A DNA stretch of 64,000 bases, taken from positions 186,001 through 250,000 of the forward strand of contig CAWKCK010000003.1 in NCBI GenBank assembly GCA_963848135.1. The letters are read 5' to 3'. This DNA comes from an uncultured delta proteobacterium (lineage in GTDB: Bacteria > Desulfobacterota > Desulfobacteria > Desulfobacterales > SG8-13). Positions 10,981-18,860 of the stretch are shown here, piece by piece; position 1 is the first letter of the stretch; each line of letters starts with the position of its first letter. Below the pieces are notes generated by a model that was not told the DNA's origin, made no database searches, and saw only the letters and a list, made by a program, of their open reading frames with translations. The position numbers and the translations under genes are program-made.

Positions 10981-11680
10981 ACTCAAAAACATCCATACAT
11001 ATTACGGCAACATTCATGCTTTGAAAGGTATTAGCATCGAGATCTCGGAAGGCGAAATCATCACCCTCATCGGGGCCAACGGAGCGGGAAAAAGTACAAC
11101 GTTGATGTCGATCTGCGGCATCGCACCACCACGATCAGGCGACATCCTATTCATGGGCCAATCGATACAGACCCTCAGGCCCAACCAGGTTGTCAACCTT
11201 GGAATCAGCCAGGTTCCGGAAGGCCGCAGAATATTCCCTTACCTCACGGTGATGGAAAACCTCGACATGGGCGCATTCTTGCGTCCGGACAAGGATAGCG
11301 TCAAAAAGGACACCGAGTATATTTTTTCTCTCTTTCCGATACTGGCCGAACGACGCAACCAAGCCGGCGGCACGCTCAGCGGCGGTGAACAGCAGATGCT
11401 GGCATTGTCACGCGCCCTGATGGCCCGCCCGCGTCTGCTGCTGATGGACGAGCCGTCTCTGGGCCTGGCGCCGATCATTGTTCGGCGAATATTCGACATT
11501 ATAAAAAAGATCAATACCGAAAACAACACCACCATTTTTCTGGTCGAGCAGAATGCCAACTTGGCGCTGAAGGTGGCCGATAGGGGGTATGTAATGGAAA
11601 CCGGCCGTATCACCCTGTCGGACTCATCCGATAACCTGCTGGCAAACAAAGATGTCAGAAAAGCGTATCTGGGCATTTAG
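10973..11680 (+). CDS. livF: LIV ABC transporter ATP-binding protein
   Basis: GANGAGKST, PEGRRIF, LSGGEQQML, DEPSLGLAP; start overlaps the end of livG. Confidence 0.95.
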   Translation: MLELKNIHTYYGNIHALKGISIEISEGEIITLIGANGAGKSTTLMSICGIAPPRSGDILFMGQSIQTLRPNQVVNLGISQVPEGRRIFPYLTVMENLDMGAFLRPDKDSVKKDTEYIFSLFPILAERRNQAGGTLSGGEQQMLALSRALMARPRLLLMDEPSLGLAPIIVRRIFDIIKKINTENNTTIFLVEQNANLALKVADRGYVMETGRITLSDSSDNLLANKDVRKAYLGI

Positions 11681-11816
11681 CAGACAATCTCTCATCGATA
11701 TTTCGCTTCCGGCTGACCGTACCCTTTGAACTGATCCCGGCACTCCCCTTGCACCTATTGTCAGAGCCTAAGAAGAGTAAGCGCATACTTATTGTAATAC
11801 ATTAAAATACGTTTGG

Positions 11817-11845
11817 TTGACACTAGTCTGTGGGTTTGTTAAGAT
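11817..11845 (+). promoter_or_regulatory. Putative sigma70 promoter of the outer-membrane protein gene
   Basis: TTGACA, 17 bp spacer, TAAGAT, with an extended -10 TG. Confidence 0.6.
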
Positions 11846-11971
11846 GGAACCACTCCTTTTGCCAGGATCAGGCATCGGGAGAGCGGGCGCAGCACCAACA
11901 ATCGACTCCCGAAGTTAGTCGGTAAAACGTCCACTCATGAGAGGGAATTCATATTCACTCATGGGGGAATA

Positions 11972-12742
11972 ATGAAGAAAATCGTATCATTCATATGTCT
12001 TTTCTTATTTCTTGGGCAATCCCCGACACTGATAGCCGGTGATTTAGGTTTGAATCTTGGCGAACGGGGATGGCCGCTTCCATCGCAAGGTGAAATTGCG
12101 AATACTCCGCCCGGTTCGACCAGTGTCACTAAAATCGCAAAAGCGCTTGAATATTATCAGGAAGATCGACCGAATGGCCGATTGGTTTTTGAATTCCCAC
12201 GTTTTTTCCCGAATCTTTATGTCATGGCCATCCCAGCAGAATTCGAAGGTGCAGACAACACGAACATCAGATTTAATGTTGATGATAAGATCTTTAGCGC
12301 CGGAAGAAAATTTAATTCTCAAATCACCATCAACGAACTTGACCTGACCCTTTATTACGACATTCCACTTGTCAAGACCTTAACGGCCGACACCCTCAAC
12401 ATTGACCTTGGCCTCAATGTCCGCACAATCGATTTCGATGGAAACATCGAGAACGAGCAGCTTGGTAAGGTTTCGAAAAACTTCATTGTCCCGATTCCGA
12501 TGGTTTTTGGTGCGTTACAATTTCACCCCTTAAATGCGCTGGCTCTGGAAGCTGAAGGTCGGGGGATGGCACTCGGCGCCAACAAAGCATTCAGTATTGT
12601 CGGCCGTATCCGTTGGAACGTTCTGGATCACGTTTTTGCTGCTGGCGGATACCGATACGACAAGTTCGATATAGACTACCAAGGCGTGCTTATCGACGCG
12701 GATATCAGCGGCCCGTTTTTCGAGGCCGGTCTCTCATTTTGA
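11972..12742 (+). CDS. Outer-membrane beta-barrel protein (TIGR04219-like)
   Basis: Signal peptide, PNLYVM, ELDLTLYYDIP, IDLGLNVR, GGYRY, C-terminal GPFFEAGLSF ending in Phe. Confidence 0.75.
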   Translation: MKKIVSFICLFLFLGQSPTLIAGDLGLNLGERGWPLPSQGEIANTPPGSTSVTKIAKALEYYQEDRPNGRLVFEFPRFFPNLYVMAIPAEFEGADNTNIRFNVDDKIFSAGRKFNSQITINELDLTLYYDIPLVKTLTADTLNIDLGLNVRTIDFDGNIENEQLGKVSKNFIVPIPMVFGALQFHPLNALALEAEGRGMALGANKAFSIVGRIRWNVLDHVFAAGGYRYDKFDIDYQGVLIDADISGPFFEAGLSF

Positions 12743-12876
12743 AGGCTGTCCGTCCAACCCGATTCTCAATGGACTAACAAGTCATCCCACACAAAAGACA
12801 CTCCGAACCCTCCTTTATTAATATAAAATACCTATATTATTAACAATAAAATTTAGGCGCATTTTATTAAAAAAAC

Positions 12877-12918
12877 TTGACACGGCAGCATCTCTTTTGT
12901 ATGGTTCACACCATGAAC
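12877..12918 (+). promoter_or_regulatory. sigma70 promoter with overlapping palindromic operator for the MarR gene
   Basis: TTGACA (12877-12882), 17 bp spacer, TATGGT (12900-12905); palindrome GTTCA-cacca-TGAAC at 12904-12918 covers the ATG at 12913. Confidence 0.65.
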
Positions 12919-13392
12919 AATAATTTGTCCAGCCGCATTCAAGATATCACGCCTTTTCAACTGGAGCAATTTCAAGTCCTCGTGAGTCGCCTGTACCAGT
13001 GCTGCCAGGAGCGCATGCAGTATCAGAGTGACAGGTTTGACCTACCTGATGCCGAGTTGCGTTGCCTCCTGCTATTCGGGAACGAGCGCTACCTGACACC
13101 CAAAGGTATCGCCCAGAAAATGAATGTGGTGAAGAGTCGGATTTCGATTATCATTACCGGTCTCATTAAAAAGGGCTTCGTTCAGCGTATAAAGGATCCG
13201 GAAGATTCTCGTGTGCGACTGCTGAGCCTGACTGCCAAAGGCCAAAAAAAACTTAACGATATAAGACAGTTTATGAACGACGTCCATGAACAGGTGCTGC
13301 TTCAGATCCCGCCCGAACAAAGAAAACTCCTGCTCATCAATCTCGATCTGCTCAAGTCGTCCATGGAAGCGGCAAAAGAACTTATGGTGTAA
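12913..13392 (+). CDS. MarR family transcriptional regulator with vicinal cysteines
   Basis: wHTH pattern LTPKGIAQKMNVVKSRISIIITGLIKKGFVQRIKDPEDSRVRLLSLTAKG; YQCCQER near the N-terminus. Confidence 0.9.
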   Translation: MNNNLSSRIQDITPFQLEQFQVLVSRLYQCCQERMQYQSDRFDLPDAELRCLLLFGNERYLTPKGIAQKMNVVKSRISIIITGLIKKGFVQRIKDPEDSRVRLLSLTAKGQKKLNDIRQFMNDVHEQVLLQIPPEQRKLLLINLDLLKSSMEAAKELMV

Positions 13393-13578
13393 GCCGACAC
13401 GATAGAAACCGGTACACAATTATCACCGACGGATCTGCTTCCGGGAAAAATCCTGCGGGAAAAGGTCTTGACTATGCAGATAATGTTCATGCTATATACC
13501 AAATAATAGAAAAAATGACACAATTAATTGTAATTATACCTTTATTTTATATAACACCATAAACAAATGGAGGACACC

Positions 13579-14166
13579 ATGCAACAAGCCGAAAAAATCA
13601 TCCCGCAAAATGATGTCAGCCTGCAACAAATTGAAGAGCAGCTGGCGGTACTCAAAAGCCGTATCGATATTCTCGATAAAAAAGCGACCGAACCCAAAGT
13701 TTCCATGATCGTCTTCAGCGGCGATCTGGACAAGGTCCTGGCGTCATTTGTGGTCGCTACCGGTGCTGTGGCGATGGGAATGGAAGCGGTGATGTTCTTT
13801 ACATTCTGGGGCACTCCGGTTCTTAGGGACAAAAACAAGGCCGTGGGCGGTAAGGATGTCATGAGCAAGATGTTTGGCACAATGCTACCCAAAGGAACCA
13901 GCGAAGTGAAATTATCGAAGATGAATATGGCCGGCATGGGAACGGCCATGATGAAATCATTGATGAAAAAGAAAAACGTTGCTTCGCTTGAACAGATGCT
14001 GGAGATGGCCGAGGAACTGGGCGTGAAGATATTCGTATGTGAAATGTCCATGGATTTGATGGGCTTTAAACGTGAGGAAATGATCGACTATGAAGGGTTA
14101 ACCTTCTGCGGTGTGGCCAAATTTCTGGAAGAAGCAGGCAACAGCCGCATACAACTGTTTATATAA
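13579..14166 (+). CDS. DsrE2/YrkE-like (DsrE/DsrF/DrsH family) sulfur-transfer protein
   Basis: IVFSGDLDK, AMGMEAVMFFTFWG, LSKMNMAGMG, VKIFVCEMSMDLMG with the conserved Cys; RBS GGAGG at 13569-13573. Confidence 0.88.
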   Translation: MQQAEKIIPQNDVSLQQIEEQLAVLKSRIDILDKKATEPKVSMIVFSGDLDKVLASFVVATGAVAMGMEAVMFFTFWGTPVLRDKNKAVGGKDVMSKMFGTMLPKGTSEVKLSKMNMAGMGTAMMKSLMKKKNVASLEQMLEMAEELGVKIFVCEMSMDLMGFKREEMIDYEGLTFCGVAKFLEEAGNSRIQLFI

Positions 14167-14201
14167 ATCGAATTGAAATCAAAAAATCAGGAGGCGTTAT
14201 T

Positions 14202-14444
14202 ATGAGTGAAGTAATCAAGGCTGACAAAGTAATGGATTTAAAAGGATTGCCCTGCCCCATGCCGGTTGTAAAGGTCAGCAAGGGGATTAAGGAAGTCGAA
14301 ATCGGGCAGGTGATAGAGGCCCATTCGACAGATCCCGGTTCATTGACCGATTTCCCGGCATGGGCCCGAACAAGCGGCAATGAAATCCTGAAAACCGAAC
14401 AAGACGGTAAAATTATCAAGTTTTTCATCAAACGCGTCGCCTAA
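14202..14444 (+). CDS. tusA: TusA-family sulfur carrier
   Basis: DLKGLPCPMPVVK (CPxP motif), STDPGSLTDFPAWARTSGN; 80 aa; RBS AGGAGG. Confidence 0.92.
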   Translation: MSEVIKADKVMDLKGLPCPMPVVKVSKGIKEVEIGQVIEAHSTDPGSLTDFPAWARTSGNEILKTEQDGKIIKFFIKRVA

Positions 14445-14519
14445 TATCTGTCGGGGTGACCGGTATCGCCGAAAGGGAGGACCGGTCCCCCATTTCTGGC
14501 TCACAACAAGGAGGCCGCT

Positions 14520-15230
14520 GTGCAAACCGTCATGTATTTTATTCTGGTACCGATGGTCTACATCGCCTTTGCGGTATTTTTTCTGGGAAGCGTCTATCGC
14601 GTCATTTCGATCTGGCAACAGCCCAAATTGCCCTCTACCCAACAAATCTATCCTTCCAAAAACCCGAAATGGCTGTGGGCACTATACGATACATTTCTGT
14701 TCCCCACGGTTCTGCGGCACAAACCGCTGCTTTGGCTGTTTCTGATGTCTTTTCATCTCTGCCTGATCCTCCTGTTCATCGGCCACCTGGAACTGATTGC
14801 GGATATCGGTATCTTCCAGATTGTTCCGCATGAAATATTTTTGGGGAATGGTTTCGTTGGGCTGATAATCGCAGTCTGTCTGCTCTTTTTTCTTTTCCGG
14901 CGCTTTATCTCTCCGGTGAAAGATCTGTCGGTTCCAGAAGATTATTATCTCCTGGTTCTGATCTTCTTGATCGTTATTTTCGGCAGCGAAATGGACTGGG
15001 CGCGAAGCTGGTATGAATACGGAGAGATGACGGTAGAAGATTATCGCACCTATATGTTCAGCCTGCTGATTTTCAAGCCGGAATTGCCTTACAGCACAAC
15101 CTTTTCCGGCCATTCCTTCATGCTTGTTCTGCACGTATTCTTCGCCAATCTGTTTTTAATCGTCTTTCCTTTTAGCCAACTGATGCATTCAATTCTGTCA
15201 CTCCCTATGAACAAACTGAGAAGAGGTTGA
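14520..15230 (+). CDS. NarI/DsrM/HdrE-like membrane diheme cytochrome b
   Basis: About 5 TM helices with two His pairs: SFHLCLILLFIGH and LHVFFANLFLIVFPFSQLMH; GTG start after GGAGG. Confidence 0.85.
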   Translation: MQTVMYFILVPMVYIAFAVFFLGSVYRVISIWQQPKLPSTQQIYPSKNPKWLWALYDTFLFPTVLRHKPLLWLFLMSFHLCLILLFIGHLELIADIGIFQIVPHEIFLGNGFVGLIIAVCLLFFLFRRFISPVKDLSVPEDYYLLVLIFLIVIFGSEMDWARSWYEYGEMTVEDYRTYMFSLLIFKPELPYSTTFSGHSFMLVLHVFFANLFLIVFPFSQLMHSILSLPMNKLRRG

Positions 15231-16513
15231 TTAAAATGGACAGCAAGACCCAAGCGGAACTGCTGAAACTCTTTCGCAGCAAAATCACCCGGACGATGAC
15301 TTATTATCTGGAAACCTGCACCCGCTGCGGAACATGTACCGACGCCTGCCACGCTTATGCATCGACAGGGCATACCAAATACATCGCCGCTTACCGCCAC
15401 GAGATCGTGCGACGATTATACAAAAAATATTTTAAGACCCGCGGAAAATTCTGGCCTTCGGTAGGAGAGGCGAAAGAGCTCAACGACATGGCCATCGAAG
15501 AGCTTTATGAGGCGGCGTATTCCTGCACGGGTTGCCGGCGCTGCATGGTGTATTGCCCTTTCGGTATCGATACCCAAATGCTCATGTCCATTGCCAAGCT
15601 GCTGTTGATCGGTGCCGATGCCGAACCGGAAATACTAACCTTGTTGGCCGATACCTCTGTTGAAAAAGGTAAATCGTTTGAGTTCTACAAAGAAAACTTT
15701 CTTACCGGGATCAAGCATCTGGAAGAGGACGTCGTGGAGAAATGGCGCACGCAAGCCGGCAAATCTGCCATTCCGGTGGATGTGGAAGGGGCCGACCTTC
15801 TCTACGTGGCCTTGGCTGGCGCCCATTCCATTATTCCGGCCGCAGCGATCTTCAATGCTGCCGATGAGAACTGGACCCTGAGTTTTTTTGAAGCGGTCAA
15901 TTTCGGCGCCTTCGTGGGTGACCCGACCAAGACCCAGTTGATCCTCGATCGCATCGTCAACGAAGCCCGCCGACTCAAGGTCAAGGAAGTCTGTGTCTGT
16001 GAATGCGGTACAGCTTTCAGGATCATGAAGCAGCTCGCCGGCAAGCAGCCTTTCAAGGTATCCGCCATCACCGAAGTTCACGCCCGTTACCTGCGTGAGG
16101 GCCGTATCAAAGTCGACAAAACCATGTTCACGGAACCGGTGACCTATCACGACCCCTGCCAGATTGCCCGAAACGCCGGGGTGAGCGATGAGCCCCGCTA
16201 TATTTTGCGGCAGTTGACCAACAATTTCAGGGAAATGACCACAGAGCCCCGTTACAACTGGTGCTGCGGCGGGGGCGGCGGACTGGTGGCCCTGGGTGAG
16301 GAAACGCTCGACTTTCGCATGAAATCGGCCAAGGTCAAAGTCGACCAGGTCAAAGCCTCCGGTGCCGCAATTTTATCTACCGCCTGTGAGAATTGCCACA
16401 CCCAACTCAGCAATCTCAACGACCATTATAAAATGGGTGTTCGCGTGGAATTCCTCTCCTCGATGGTTGCCGACGCGCTGATCGGTGCCGGCAAGGAGGC
16501 CGCGTCATCGTAA
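15227..16513 (+). CDS. DsrK/TmcB/HmcF/HdrD-like CCG-domain iron-sulfur protein
   Basis: Two ferredoxin motifs (CTRCGTCTDAC, CTGCRRCMVYCPFGID), CECG, TYHDPC, NWCCGGGGG and TACENC; overlaps the stop of the cytochrome b gene. Confidence 0.88.
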   Translation: MIKMDSKTQAELLKLFRSKITRTMTYYLETCTRCGTCTDACHAYASTGHTKYIAAYRHEIVRRLYKKYFKTRGKFWPSVGEAKELNDMAIEELYEAAYSCTGCRRCMVYCPFGIDTQMLMSIAKLLLIGADAEPEILTLLADTSVEKGKSFEFYKENFLTGIKHLEEDVVEKWRTQAGKSAIPVDVEGADLLYVALAGAHSIIPAAAIFNAADENWTLSFFEAVNFGAFVGDPTKTQLILDRIVNEARRLKVKEVCVCECGTAFRIMKQLAGKQPFKVSAITEVHARYLREGRIKVDKTMFTEPVTYHDPCQIARNAGVSDEPRYILRQLTNNFREMTTEPRYNWCCGGGGGLVALGEETLDFRMKSAKVKVDQVKASGAAILSTACENCHTQLSNLNDHYKMGVRVEFLSSMVADALIGAGKEAASS

Positions 16514-16634
16514 GAATCTGGTCGTATTTCAACCTGGAAGCATTGGCATTGAATTCTTCAGCAAAGGAGGTGCACACACGTTTTTCAGACTGGCAATCTA
16601 AAGACAAACAAGACATCGTAAAATGGAGGAGATG

Positions 16635-17906
16635 ATGAGAAAGACATTTGCCGTTCTGTTTATTTTTTCAGTTGTACTGGTTCTGGGGCCCGCCGCACAT
16701 GCCACCAACGGCGACAATCTGATCGGTGTCGGTCCGATTTCCCGCGCCATGGGTGGTGCCGGGGTTGCCGCCCCTCAAGATGCAACCAGCGCGATCTTCG
16801 CCAACCCGGCGGCCATGTGTTTTGGACCCTACTGCCCGGGCTCATCCGTCGATTTTGCCGGTACGGTATTTGTACCATCTGTCAAGGGCGATGTGAATTA
16901 CGGCCTGCCCGGATTTTCCGGCAGCGCCGACAGCAAACTGCCGCCCTCCGTGATTCCGGCCATCGCCGTCACAATGCCCATCAACGAAAAGTGGCGCTTC
17001 GGTGCCGGCATGTATGGCGTTTCCGGTTTGGGCGTTGACTACAAAAACACGAATATCGACTTTTCGCTGATGCCACTGCCGTCTCCACCAGCGCCGCCGG
17101 GGGCTTCCTTTTCAGCGGTTTACACCCAACTGCAGGTGCTCAAAATGGCTCCGAACCTGGCCTATTTGATTACCCCGAATTTTTCGGTCGGCGCCTCATT
17201 CGAGATCGTCTGGCAGAGCCTCGACCTGGGAGAGGGTGCTTCCCCGGGTTACACCGTAGGGCTACAGCTGGGCGCCCTCTACCATTGGGACAAATTCAAC
17301 TTCGGCTTCTCATTCACCACCCCGGAAAAGGTCAACCACAAGAACGTATCCAAATTCGGGAATCCCGCCGGCGAATATCAGGATCTGAAGCTGGAAGCCC
17401 CGTGGAGGGTCCAAGGCGGGATTTCCTTCGAACCCAACAGCCAATGGCTCTTCGAAGGTTATGCCCGTTGGCTCGGCTGGAGCAGTGCCGATGGTTACAA
17501 GGATTTTGACTGGGAAGATCAATGGGTCTTCGGCCTGGGAGCCCAATGGAAACCGGCCGAAAAGTGGGCCCTGCGTCTCGGTTACAACTACGGCAAAAGC
17601 CCGGTCAAGGTTCACAACGGGTGGAACCCCAACCCGTTCGATCCGACCAACACCGTCGATGTTCAAGGTACGCCCGTCAACCGTGTCGGCTATGAAACCC
17701 TTCGCATCATCGGGTTTCCAGCAATTGTGGAACACCACATCACCGGCGGTGTCGGTTTTAAAATTACCGACAGCCTCGCCTTGAACCTGTCATTAATGTA
17801 TGCGCCGCAACAAACCATTAAAGAAACATCGGCCTTCAACGCCATTACGCTCGAATCGAAACTGAGCGAATGGAGCACCACCCTGGGTCTCACCTGGTAT
17901 TTCTAA
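16635..17906 (+). CDS. FadL/OmpP1/TodX-family outer-membrane channel
   Basis: Signal peptide AHA|TNG, SRAMGGAGVA, NPA motif (IFANPAAM), GLGVDY, amphipathic strands, terminal WYF. Confidence 0.88.
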   Translation: MRKTFAVLFIFSVVLVLGPAAHATNGDNLIGVGPISRAMGGAGVAAPQDATSAIFANPAAMCFGPYCPGSSVDFAGTVFVPSVKGDVNYGLPGFSGSADSKLPPSVIPAIAVTMPINEKWRFGAGMYGVSGLGVDYKNTNIDFSLMPLPSPPAPPGASFSAVYTQLQVLKMAPNLAYLITPNFSVGASFEIVWQSLDLGEGASPGYTVGLQLGALYHWDKFNFGFSFTTPEKVNHKNVSKFGNPAGEYQDLKLEAPWRVQGGISFEPNSQWLFEGYARWLGWSSADGYKDFDWEDQWVFGLGAQWKPAEKWALRLGYNYGKSPVKVHNGWNPNPFDPTNTVDVQGTPVNRVGYETLRIIGFPAIVEHHITGGVGFKITDSLALNLSLMYAPQQTIKETSAFNAITLESKLSEWSTTLGLTWYF

Positions 17907-17912
17907 AAGCAA

Positions 17913-17941
17913 ACGGGGGAATGGAAAATCCATTCCCCCGT
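17913..17941. terminator. Perfect 13-bp stem-loop between the convergent FadL and pomB genes
   Basis: ACGGGGGAATGGA-aaa-TCCATTCCCCCGT. Confidence 0.75.
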
Positions 17942-18038
17942 CTCAAAGCATCCTGCCGCCAGAATTAAATCAAGTGTAAATCGAACAGCAGAAATTCCTT
18001 TCCAGGAACTCCGACCAAAACGACCGGCCGCTTGGGTC

Positions 18039-18860
18039 TTATTCCGATATCGTAAAAAAAGCCTTGTTATCAATCAAATTTGGGCCGGCATTTCCTGGGG
18101 CATGCGATGTCTCCGGTTCAGGGGCCCGCAAGACGATTTCGACCCGGCGGTTGCGCTTGCGGCCTTCGGTGGTATCATTCGATTCCATTGGACGGTATTT
18201 ACCGAAGCCCATGGTCGAAACGCGGTCTGGCGTTATCGCCGACTTTGCCAATAAAAATTCGGCCACCGTGGCCGCACGGGCAATTGATAGCTTCAAATTG
18301 GACCCGTAAGGGCCGCTATTGAGAGGAACATTGTCCGTGTGACCGGCAATGATGATGTCACCACCATTGGTTTCGGCAAGCACGCTGCCAATTTTTAACA
18401 GCAACGGCACCATCTGTTCCTTGATTTCCGCTTTGCCCGAATCGAAGGCCGTTTCGCCCATTAATCGGATAGCCACTTCTTTCTCACCCACCTCCACCTG
18501 AATCAGTTCTTTCATCTCCTGGAACTGGGTCTCGATTTCCTTTTTGAGCTGCACCCCAACCTTTTTTTGGATGTTAACGAATTCTTCGCGCGGTTTGCTT
18601 GGAATCAGTTCCTGGTCAAAATCCTTGGCGATCATCTTGACCCCCTTGGGGACCTGAAACGCCCTGACCTTGTGCTGGACACCAAAGGCTTTGGCCAACG
18701 AACCTGAGACCTCCTTGTATTTGGCTTTATCCATCTCCGAAAAGGATAGCAACAATACGAAAAAGCACAGGAGCAGACTCATGAGATCGCCGAAAGTGAC
18801 GACCCATGCCGGGGCACCCTCCTCTACAACGGCGTTTTGTATGTCGAGGGGCGCACTCAT
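18039..18860 (-). CDS. motB: Flagellar stator B subunit, PomB-like
   Basis: PAWVVTFGDLMSLLLCFFVLLLSFSEMD with the conserved Asp; OmpA-like domain GHTDN...NLKLSIARA...NRRVEI. Confidence 0.93.
   Translation of the reverse strand: MSAPLDIQNAVVEEGAPAWVVTFGDLMSLLLCFFVLLLSFSEMDKAKYKEVSGSLAKAFGVQHKVRAFQVPKGVKMIAKDFDQELIPSKPREEFVNIQKKVGVQLKKEIETQFQEMKELIQVEVGEKEVAIRLMGETAFDSGKAEIKEQMVPLLLKIGSVLAETNGGDIIIAGHTDNVPLNSGPYGSNLKLSIARAATVAEFLLAKSAITPDRVSTMGFGKYRPMESNDTTEGRKRNRRVEIVLRAPEPETSHAPGNAGPNLIDNKAFFTISE

Noticed and set aside
14520..16513. Canonical dsrMK of the DsrMKJOP complex, or a nitrate reductase
   Set aside because: No dsrJOP or narGHJ is adjacent, and both proteins are shorter than typical DsrM/DsrK; called DsrMK-like only.
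13579..16513. Selenocysteine read-through in the sulfur-relay proteins
   Set aside because: Catalytic positions are ordinary Cys codons and the ORFs are complete with no in-frame TGA.
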